Program-made: the position numbers and the translations under genes | Part shown: positions 19,719 through 27,676 of the stretch, piece after piece | Position numbering within the stretch: position 1 is the first letter of the stretch | How the letters are laid out: each line of letters opens with the position of its first letter | The notes under the pieces: generated by a model | What the model was told of the DNA's origin: nothing | Database searches by the model: none | Seen by the model: only the letters and a program-made list of their open reading frames with translations | Source: Phycisphaerae bacterium | GTDB lineage: Bacteria; Planctomycetota; Phycisphaerae; UBA1845; Fen-1342 | Direction: 5' to 3' | NCBI GenBank assembly: GCA_963675745.2 | Contig: CAXXWX010000007.1 | Span: forward strand, 1 to 64,000 | Length of the DNA stretch: 64,000 nt

Positions 19719-20267
19719 TCATTCCGCGGACTCCGCCTGCCCAAAGCAGTTGAACCAGGCACGTTGGCCAAACGGCATCTTCTCCTTCTGCGGCCACACT
19801 TCGCCGGGCACGCCGATCGGCAGCAGCACGCGGATAATCTTGCCCTCGGGAATGTCGAGGATACGTCCGATCTGCTCGGCGTGGTCCTTGGTGCGCAGCC
19901 AGCCATCAATCCACACCGTCGCATAGCCCAGCGCCGTTACCGCCAGCAGAATGTTCTCGACCGCCGCGGCGCAATCCTCAATCTGAAAGTTGTGGCCCTC
20001 GTAGATTGCCTCGGGCTGCTTGTCGAGGATGCAGGCTATCATCGCCCGGGCCTGTTGAAACGCCGTGTTGGACTCGTGCATTGCCGCGATTTGGCGTAGC
20101 AGATCCGGGTCGTCCACAATGACGAATCTCGTGGTTTGGGCGTTCTTGCCGGACGGAGCCTGAAGCCCCGCCTGGACCATTCGCCGCAGGTCCTCGCGTG
20201 GCGGCGCCTGATCCCGAAAGGGGCCTCGATAGCTGTGCCGCTTGGCAATCGCGTCGAACAAGTCCAT
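19719..20267 (-). CDS. nitroreductase family protein
   Basis: IAKRHSYR, APSGKNAQ, DCAAAVENILLAVTALGYATVW. Confidence 0.9.
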   Translation of the reverse strand: MDLFDAIAKRHSYRGPFRDQAPPREDLRRMVQAGLQAPSGKNAQTTRFVIVDDPDLLRQIAAMHESNTAFQQARAMIACILDKQPEAIYEGHNFQIEDCAAAVENILLAVTALGYATVWIDGWLRTKDHAEQIGRILDIPEGKIIRVLLPIGVPGEVWPQKEKMPFGQRAWFNCFGQAESAE

Positions 20268-20400
20268 GTTCGCCTCGCTGGATGATTCGCCCGTCTCCAG
20301 GCTCTGCGAGTGAGGTCTGCCGCGCGCACACCAGCGACAAGCGCCTCTCGCGAGCCCGGCAAACTTGCTGATCCATGTGGTCTACAGAACTGGCGTCACA

Positions 20401-20473
20401 AGCGGGCGAAGGGGCTCGAACCCTCAACATTCAGCTTGGAAGGCTGATGCTCTACCAATTGAGCTACGCCCGC
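20401..20473 (-). tRNA. tRNA-Gly (anticodon TCC), CCA not encoded
   Basis: GCGGGCGTAGCTCAATTGGTAGAGCATCAGCC-TTCCAA-GCTGAATGTTGAGGGTTCGAGCCCCTTCGCCCGCT folds as a cloverleaf with loop CTTCCAA. Confidence 0.97.
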
Positions 20474-20585
20474 ATTTCTAAGCCTCGCATTCACAAGGCA
20501 TTACAAACTAGACCCAGGCGTCGAAATTGGCAGTTTTAGACCATAATTTAGGCTATTCCCGACGCTCGTAAGGGTCGTGACGGCG

Positions 20586-20999
20586 CTAACCGCCGACGAT
20601 GGAAGCATATCCGATGTTCCTGAGACCGGCAAGCGGCGGCTGAATGTACGCCTCGCCCGCCCGGAGCGATTCCGCAACGGCTTCCTTGACCTTGCCAGCT
20701 TGTTTCGTTGCTACCTCTGCAAACCGGCGATCACCTACCTTGCCGATGAGTTCCACCAGTACAACGCCATGCCCCAAAACGCCAGCCGCATCGGTCTTGG
20801 CGCTGAACTCCATCAAGTCCGAAATGGCGTTTTCAGTCCCTTGCTCAGCGTGCGCCAAAACGGACTGATAGTCGAATCCGATCTTGTCAGCTTGCGATTG
20901 GGTTTCTTCGGGAACAGCTATCGTTGCGTTTGATCTCATTGAACATCCAAAGAGCCCAAGGGAAACCACGGCTGATAAGGCCAGCATGATTCGAGCCAT
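20586..20999 (-). CDS. lipoprotein, candidate toxin immunity protein
   Basis: Lipobox LFG-C; AGGAG RBS overlapping the upstream ORF stop; visibly lower GC than flanks. Immunity role is inferred from position only. Confidence 0.6.
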   Translation of the reverse strand: MARIMLALSAVVSLGLFGCSMRSNATIAVPEETQSQADKIGFDYQSVLAHAEQGTENAISDLMEFSAKTDAAGVLGHGVVLVELIGKVGDRRFAEVATKQAGKVKEAVAESLRAGEAYIQPPLAGLRNIGYASIVGG

Positions 21000-21010
21000 T
21001 GGTCATACTC

Positions 21011-21160
21011 CTACTTGCGTACTGCGTCTGTCACGACGATTTGCCCATGTCCTCCTGCATCTTTCAGTTTCCCACGCCTAACCAGAGCATCGAGTTTCGA
21101 CCAGCAATCCTGATCCACAGTAACGCATCCCCAACTAACTGCCCCCGGATGAAGTCCCAT
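21011..21160 (-). pseudogene. orphan C-terminal fragment of a Tlde1/DUF2778-like toxin
   Basis: Hand translation MGLHPGAVSWGCVTVDQDCWSKLDALVRRGKLKDAGGHGQIVVTDAVRK*; LHPG..S.GC.T motif; in-frame TAG just upstream (21185-21187). Confidence 0.55.
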
Positions 21161-21388
21161 AACGGTACATATTGCTCTGATCGTCTAGCGTATGCCACCA
21201 ACCCATCGGTCCGGCGTTGATGATTGTCCGCGTCCGCCGCGCAAACTGAGCGTCGCTCAGGCGCCTGGGCGGCTTGCCGGGCGGTGCGTCTATAGACAGG
21301 CGGCGCGGGTCGAGGTTCGATCCCGCGCCGCCGTGTTTTCTCCAGTATCTGCCGTAAAGGCAGATGTCAACCTAGCTCTGAACTGCGA

Positions 21389-24300
21389 CTAGTACTGGAT
21401 TCCTCCAGGCCTCTCGAGCGTGTTCAGTCGCATCGGTGCCACTGGGGCCTTGCTGAAACCGTAGATCGCCCTGATCTCCGGCATGTTCTCCGTGACTGTG
21501 ATCTGAAGAACCGGGTCGGTCGACACGACTGCGCCATCGACCCGCCAGCTCAAGAACGTCTTGCCGAACTGCGGCTGCTGGGCGACGAGCGTCACCTGCG
21601 TTCCGATCGGATAGGTCCGGTCGTAGTCGCAGAAGCCGCCACCATCGAGCTGGAGATCCAGCGGGCTGATGTCGACCCAGACTCCGGAGACATTCGAACG
21701 CAGATTGACCTGTCCCGGAGGCGTGCCAGGCGGAACGAGGCGGACGCAGTCCGTCGCCACGAATGGCGTTCCGTCAAGCAGCGTGCCACGCAGTACCAGC
21801 GGTACCAGAGCGCCACCCGGCAGACCGTCCATCTCGAGCGTCGGCACGACCAAATCGGTCTTGAACTTCATGGACACGTCCAAGATGCCGTCGCCCTCGA
21901 ACTCATGGCACTCGCACGGGATGCCGTCAAACGGTGTTGCGACATCGGCGAGTTTGGTCTTCGGTCCGGGCGGGCCCTCGTGCGGAGCAACCGCGCCGCC
22001 AACACCGTCGGCACGTTCCAGCGTGAGGCTGGCGATGTCGACCATGGTGACGTCGAAGTCAACCGTACCGGCCAGACCCACAGGCAAAACGCCATGGCTC
22101 TTGCGGTTGAACGAGTTCGGGCACGAGCCAGGCTTGATGTCCATGCTCTGGCACGGGCTGAGGCCCTGGACCTCGGCAGTGATCATCACGTCGTCAACCT
22201 GGATTTCCCAGTTGTAGTGGACGACCGGATCGTAGTAACGGAAGCGGATCTGGGTGTCCATGCTGCCACCGGCGATCGGGAGCGAGACAAACTCGCCCGG
22301 CGTGCCGTGGAACGTACCATGATCTTCATTCCAGCTCAGCAACAGCGTCCAGGTTACGCCCTTGTCGTAGCTGACGTAAACCTCGAAGAAGTCGTAGCCG
22401 GCGAAGTTCTGGAAGTTGGCAGTGAACTCCAGCGTCGCGCTTGCCACACCGGACAGATCCAGATTCGGCGAGATCAGCGACGTGTCGTACGACGCCGAGC
22501 CGAAGGTGTCACTGGAGGCCTCGGCGCAGAGGCCGGTGCCGCCGGTCCAGTTGTTGTCACCCAGGAGATCGTTGGTCGTCCAGACCAGGCCTGAGCCGTC
22601 ATCGTCCGTGACCCACCAGTCACCGGGGATACCGGCGTTGAAGTCTTCGGAGAAGACCACGACGGTTCCGGTTCCACAGTTGGTGCCATCACCCACGTAC
22701 GTGCCACCGGCATAAGCGCAGCACTCCGCGGTTGTGATCAGGCATGACTGATCGGGCAGACAGCAAGCGCCGGTACCGCCGGCGCAACCGGTGCAGTCAC
22801 CGATGTTGGCGACTGATTCGTCATCGCCAAAGTCGCCGCCGGTGGCGACCAGGCTGCCTTCGAAGTACACGTTGTAGTAGCCATTGCCGTAGCTGCAGCA
22901 GATGCCATCGCCGAACGAGTCGAAGATGGTGAACGTGTAGCAGCCACACGCCATGACCGGCACATCCCAGCTATACAGCGTATTGCTGAGCAAGCTGCCG
23001 CCTTCGGCGACGACATTGCCGTCACCGTCGACCAGCTCCCACGAGGTCTCACTGCCGTAGTTGTCAGTGAGGATCTCGACCGTGACAGTCGCATCCGCCG
23101 CCGGGAGACCAAGGCAATTGGTGTCATCGCCTTGATATCCGCCACCCATGGCGATGCAGGCCGCCTCGTTGATGATCACGCACTCGCCGGTCGGCAAGCA
23201 GCAGGCACCTTCCGGCAAGCAGGCTACATCAGCGCTGCACGGCGCGCCATCCTCGTAGACTTCCAGCTCAAACGGGCCGGTGGCACCGCCGTAGCCGTGT
23301 ACCAGGATCAGGTAATTGGCGCCAAGCTGCGAGCACCACGAGATCTCGGACTGGAGCCCGCAGAAATCGTCGTTGCCGTCGACGCAGATCGCCTCGTCGC
23401 AATCCGGGCAGTATACGCTGATCTTTGTGTCGTACGTGGCCACACCGTTGCATAGCGAGGCCGTCATCGTGGTGCCGGTACCCGTGACGGAATACCACAC
23501 GCCGGGAGAAGTGATCGACGTCCCGCAGGTGGGGAACGCGCTGTCAATTGACGCGCCCTGCGTCGAACCTGGTGTCACGGAAGGCACACCGACTGCGATC
23601 GCATCGGCACAGAGGTCGTTGTCCGGCACAACCACGCCGGTGACATTGACCTCGAACATGTAGTCGCCGGCTTCGCCGCCGTTGTAATACACCGGGAACA
23701 GGACCGTGGCCGGGCCGGGAAGCTCGAACCAGTCCAGAATCGGCGATACAACCGCGTCCGGACAACTGTACCACTCATACTGATCGGCAACGATGTAGGC
23801 CGCGCAGTCGAAGCAGTCGTCGTAGACCACGATGCCGATATTGTTGATCTCGAAGCCATTGCCGCAGAACGAGATGTTAACGTTGTTCAACGCGTTGGGC
23901 AGTTCGATCTCATACCAGGTGGCGTTCCAGTCGAGTACGCCGGGGCAGTCGATGCTGGCACAGTAGTTCGTGCCGTTGATCGTCTGCGGATAAGGCGCGT
24001 TGACCGGGGTCGCATCGACGCACTCATCGTTGGCCGGCTCGTTGCCTTCGCAGGGATCCGCGCCGCAGTTACCGAAGGTGCTGCAACCGGTCGGCGTAGT
24101 GCCGCCCGTACCATCTGCGCAGATTTCGGCGCCGTTGACGTCGTAGATGTGGTACTCGTTCTCGTAGCCCCAACTACCTTCGACGTAGCTCGTGGTGATC
24201 AGGTCGCCGGTAGCGGCCTGGAAGTAGTAGGTCTCCGGGCCGGCGCCGCTGGCGAGCGTGATGCCGCTCAACACCACCGAGCCGTTGACCAGCACGGTGA

Positions 24301-25462
24301 CTGAGCCGCCGTTCCAACCGTCGCCATAGTCGTCCGTCAACACGATGCTGTGCTCGCAGGTCGTGATCTCGCCACAAGCCGGATCAAGATCGCCACACAG
24401 CGTGTTCGCCGCGAAACGCATCGGCGGCAGGCAGTCCATCTGCTCGACGTTGTCGGTGCAGGTGGCAGTGCTGTCATCGCAGCACGCGCCATAGACCGGA
24501 ACATACGTGCCCGTCAGGCAGAAAGCGTTGTCGTAGCCATACGCTTCCGGCGTGCCGTTGTTGTTGAAGTACGAAGAGCCGTCGCCATCCGGCGAGCTGA
24601 TCCACAAGAACCAGCAGCTCGCGTCACCGAGACCCTGGATCGAAACCCAGCCGTTGGCCGGAACCTGGCAGCAGGGATCAAGCGTGGGAACCTCGAAGTA
24701 TTGCAACTCGAACTGGTAGATGCTGTGGTAGAGCAGGCCGGTGCCGGTGATGGTCGGGTAGACCGTGTAGCGGCACAGCTCAGCGCCGGGGGCACTGCCC
24801 GCATCCTCGAAGAACTTGATTTCGAAGGCGGGATCGCTGTCTACGCAGTTGGCCCAGTCGGCCCCCAGATACAGCATGAAGCCATACCAGTGGAGGTCAC
24901 AGACCTCGCCGGACGCGCCGACAAACTTGTCAGCCCGCAGGAGATTGGCGCCATCGACGTCGAACTCGCTGGTGCCGGCCGACCAGCCGTCATCCGGCAT
25001 GTGAGCCGTCTGGCCGTAGAGCGAATCGGGCGGGCAACTGCCGTCGAGGCGTCCTTGCAAGTAGGGTTCTGGCGAAGCGTGCGGCGTCACCGCCAGACGC
25101 TCGGGCGTCGGCGGGGCCATTTCCGTCACGATCGCGTGAGCAGTCTTGTCTGCCCAGTAAACGTCAACCTGGGCCAGGCCCGGAGGCAGGCTCACTTCGA
25201 GATTGACCGCGCCACGCTCGGGATGTTCGAGGTGCAGCATAGTCTTCTCGGCGGCGCCGGCGATGAACCAGCGTCCGTTGCCAACCGCGGCAGCCCTGAT
25301 CGGCTCACCGGCGGCACCTTCGGCGACGAGTGTCGCCTGCGGCAGCATCTCCCCCCGGTCGTTCATGATGGCCGCCCGCATCGTGAAGCCCTGGTCGGCG
25401 CTCACGGCGGCCGTACACATCAGAACAGCACACAAAACAGTAATCCGTTTCGTCCAAGCCAT
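21389..25462 (-). CDS. large secreted Cys/Asp-rich multidomain surface protein
   Basis: Signal peptide; three GACC repeats, two ND.C.DA modules, DDYGDGWNGG and DSFGDGICC modules, FSEDFN adhesin-like domain, DIKPGSCPN module. Confidence 0.8.
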   Translation of the reverse strand: MAWTKRITVLCAVLMCTAAVSADQGFTMRAAIMNDRGEMLPQATLVAEGAAGEPIRAAAVGNGRWFIAGAAEKTMLHLEHPERGAVNLEVSLPPGLAQVDVYWADKTAHAIVTEMAPPTPERLAVTPHASPEPYLQGRLDGSCPPDSLYGQTAHMPDDGWSAGTSEFDVDGANLLRADKFVGASGEVCDLHWYGFMLYLGADWANCVDSDPAFEIKFFEDAGSAPGAELCRYTVYPTITGTGLLYHSIYQFELQYFEVPTLDPCCQVPANGWVSIQGLGDASCWFLWISSPDGDGSSYFNNNGTPEAYGYDNAFCLTGTYVPVYGACCDDSTATCTDNVEQMDCLPPMRFAANTLCGDLDPACGEITTCEHSIVLTDDYGDGWNGGSVTVLVNGSVVLSGITLASGAGPETYYFQAATGDLITTSYVEGSWGYENEYHIYDVNGAEICADGTGGTTPTGCSTFGNCGADPCEGNEPANDECVDATPVNAPYPQTINGTNYCASIDCPGVLDWNATWYEIELPNALNNVNISFCGNGFEINNIGIVVYDDCFDCAAYIVADQYEWYSCPDAVVSPILDWFELPGPATVLFPVYYNGGEAGDYMFEVNVTGVVVPDNDLCADAIAVGVPSVTPGSTQGASIDSAFPTCGTSITSPGVWYSVTGTGTTMTASLCNGVATYDTKISVYCPDCDEAICVDGNDDFCGLQSEISWCSQLGANYLILVHGYGGATGPFELEVYEDGAPCSADVACLPEGACCLPTGECVIINEAACIAMGGGYQGDDTNCLGLPAADATVTVEILTDNYGSETSWELVDGDGNVVAEGGSLLSNTLYSWDVPVMACGCYTFTIFDSFGDGICCSYGNGYYNVYFEGSLVATGGDFGDDESVANIGDCTGCAGGTGACCLPDQSCLITTAECCAYAGGTYVGDGTNCGTGTVVVFSEDFNAGIPGDWWVTDDDGSGLVWTTNDLLGDNNWTGGTGLCAEASSDTFGSASYDTSLISPNLDLSGVASATLEFTANFQNFAGYDFFEVYVSYDKGVTWTLLLSWNEDHGTFHGTPGEFVSLPIAGGSMDTQIRFRYYDPVVHYNWEIQVDDVMITAEVQGLSPCQSMDIKPGSCPNSFNRKSHGVLPVGLAGTVDFDVTMVDIASLTLERADGVGGAVAPHEGPPGPKTKLADVATPFDGIPCECHEFEGDGILDVSMKFKTDLVVPTLEMDGLPGGALVPLVLRGTLLDGTPFVATDCVRLVPPGTPPGQVNLRSNVSGVWVDISPLDLQLDGGGFCDYDRTYPIGTQVTLVAQQPQFGKTFLSWRVDGAVVSTDPVLQITVTENMPEIRAIYGFSKAPVAPMRLNTLERPGGIQY

Positions 25463-25935
25463 ATCACCTCTCCTTACACTCTTAGAGAAACTGCGTTATG
25501 CAAGACCCTCTCGAACGTCAATCCATGCATCTCCTTTCTTTTGGTTTGGACGACCGCCGGGAAGCCCGCTTTGACAGGTGCGTGTCGAACTTCCCCACGC
25601 ATCTTTGCCTTGGTGCGTCAGGTGCGGTTTGGCTGCGTTGATTGACGTGAGCGAACATCACTCGCGCGGGATCGTTAGCTAAGGAAACGACCCCGCACTT
25701 TGTGCCCGTGCAGACCGACCCTATCGCGCCAAGTGGCGGTCATACGATGACAAGTCTGACTTTCCAACCCTCCGCTACAAACTGGAGGACCGTTCGACGA
25801 TGTGCGTACCATGCCCTACTCGCACTATGACGCATTGGGCCTATCAGGTCAAGGCACATGACCGTGAACGTGCACAAAACCGTATTCGACTAGGGGTTTG
25901 CGGCCGAACCGAGTCCACGACGCATATCCGCGTAC

Positions 25936-25980
25936 AAAAAAGAAAGAGTGCGTGCCCTATTAATGCGGACACACACTCTT
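25936..25980 (-). terminator. rho-independent terminator
   Basis: Minus-strand 14-bp stem AAGAGTGTGTGTCC/GGGCACGCACTCTT (two GU pairs), 9-nt loop, followed by TCTTTTTT. Confidence 0.8.
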
Positions 25981-25981
25981 C

Positions 25982-26090
25982 CACTGAAATCGGTCTCACG
26001 CCTCGTCAGGGCAGGGCATAACCGTCCGTAAGGGTCCTCGGAAACGTGACGAGCGCGACCTCCCGCTTGGGAGTTAGACCGAGTTAGCCT
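25982..26090. ncRNA. unassigned structured RNA candidate
   Basis: Nested helices TCGGTCT/AGACCGA, CTCGTCA/TGACGAG, CTCCC/GGGAG and a CC-GTAA-GG tetraloop. Confidence 0.35.
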
Positions 26091-26226
26091 GAGTCTTTGC
26101 TACAGCTACTCCACATCGACTGGCGATGGCCGCGTCAGGCAGCCACCTTGTCACCCGTTTCCCGCAACAGAAGGCCGTTGCCGAGACCGACCGCTCTGCC
26201 GTTAACGGCCGGCCCCGGACCGCGGC

Positions 26227-26787
26227 TTATCGCCGGCGCCAACAAACCAACCCGAGCAGCCCGAGCAGTGTCAAGCTGGCGGGTTCAGGCACCGGTGTCG
26301 GGAAGAGAGTCACGCCAAAGAACGACACGTGATCCGGGTTATCCGTGTATACCGAGAACGTCGCCGTCTCGCCCGGCAGAACCGGATCGCTGTAATAGAA
26401 CAGGTCGATCGTCGCTCCGACGCTTACATTGTCGATCACCCACGTCAGCGGCGACTGTGAACTCGTCGGATCAAACCCGCCCAAACTCGCGTCAAGAAAA
26501 TGCACGTTTGAGATGTCCTGTCCACCATACGGATCATAAATCCCGAAGTGGAAGTCACCCCACGCTTCGCTGCCCGTGTTGGTCGCCTCGACGTTAAACC
26601 AGCCCGCCCACGGCTCGGCGTCTTCGTGCACGGCGCCAACTGCAAAACCGGCTCCCGTACCGGCGAAGTCGCCGGACCAATCGATGTCGTCGCCCAGCGC
26701 CAACGGACTGAAAGACATCGCGAGCAGACAGCCACCTACAGCGAGCAGGCGACGCCCGCGACCCCCGATCTTCAAAACACCTGCCAT
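26227..26787 (-). CDS. PEP-CTERM protein
   Basis: Signal peptide; C-terminal VPEPASLTLLGLLGLVCWRRR; strong GAGGAGGAG RBS. Confidence 0.92.
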   Translation of the reverse strand: MAGVLKIGGRGRRLLAVGGCLLAMSFSPLALGDDIDWSGDFAGTGAGFAVGAVHEDAEPWAGWFNVEATNTGSEAWGDFHFGIYDPYGGQDISNVHFLDASLGGFDPTSSQSPLTWVIDNVSVGATIDLFYYSDPVLPGETATFSVYTDNPDHVSFFGVTLFPTPVPEPASLTLLGLLGLVCWRRR

Positions 26788-26924
26788 GATAAGCTCCTCC
26801 TCCTGCCTCTACTCGCGAACCGCCGGACTCGCCAGGGTCCGTCTCGCGAACTGATCTCCTCTTTACCTCGATGATTATGTCACAATCGCCAAGGACATAT
26901 CTATCGGCGTGACACCGAATCTCG

Positions 26925-26966
26925 TGTAGGACTATCAGTAGGCGCGACGTAGGACAGACACCTACG
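26925..26966. promoter_or_regulatory. GTAGG half-site array with CGTAGG-N7-CCTACG palindrome; candidate NarL/GacA-type regulator site
   Basis: GTAGG at 26926, 26938 and 26949; CCTACG at 26961; lies between the response regulator and the PEP-CTERM gene. Confidence 0.55.
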
Positions 26967-27043
26967 GCGGGCGCCGGCGTGCTGCCAGCGCCGCATGCAC
27001 TCGCTAACGCTGAGTTGATGTGCGTGCGTGTCGGGCTGGGGGC

Positions 27044-27676
27044 CTAGTCAACCAGGCCGTGTTGAAGTGCATATCGTGTTAGTTCGGCGTTGTGGCGCAT
27101 CGCCAGTTTTTCGAGCAACCTGCTGCGGTATGTGCTGACCGTCTTCACGCTCAACGAGAGGTCTTCGGCGATGTCGCCAACGCTCTTGCCCGAGGCGATC
27201 AAACACATCACCTGGTATTCGCGATTGGACAGGCTCTCGTGCGGCAGCTTGGCGGATGCCTTGTCCACGCGCGCCGCCAGGCTGTTGGCAACCTCCGGCG
27301 TGATATACCTGCGGCCGGCAGCCACCGTTCTGATTGCCTCGACAACCTCGTCAGGAGGTCGGCCCTTGTTGACATAGCCCGCCGCGCCGGCCATCAGCGT
27401 GCGTACGGCATACTGGTCCTCGGGATAGACGCTCAGAATGAGCACGGGCAATTCGGGGCGCCGGCTTCGAATGTCGTGCAGTGCTTCAAGCCCCGGCAGG
27501 CCGGGCATCGCCAGATCCATGAGCACCACATCCCATAGATCATCTGCGACCATCGCCAGCAACTCACGTCCGTCCGCGGCCTCGCCGGCGACGGTCATAT
27601 CACCGGCGTCCTCGATTATGCGCTTGATGCCCTCGCGTACGACGGCATGGTCATCGACGACCAACACTCTGATCAT
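27044..27676 (-). CDS. NarL/LuxR-family (GacA/UvrY-like) response regulator
   Basis: MIRVLVVDDH, LMDLAMPG receiver; LSNREYQV...LSLSVKTVSTYR LuxR HTH; ATGA overlap with kinase. Confidence 0.93.
   Translation of the reverse strand: MIRVLVVDDHAVVREGIKRIIEDAGDMTVAGEAADGRELLAMVADDLWDVVLMDLAMPGLPGLEALHDIRSRRPELPVLILSVYPEDQYAVRTLMAGAAGYVNKGRPPDEVVEAIRTVAAGRRYITPEVANSLAARVDKASAKLPHESLSNREYQVMCLIASGKSVGDIAEDLSLSVKTVSTYRSRLLEKLAMRHNAELTRYALQHGLVD

Noticed and set aside
26000..26055. Hammerhead ribozyme (CTGACGAG on the minus strand) or c-di-GMP-I/II riboswitch
   Set aside because: The required GAAA after stem II is absent; the c-di-GMP-I GACGCAAAG and c-di-GMP-II GGGCAC/GTGCAACC elements are missing
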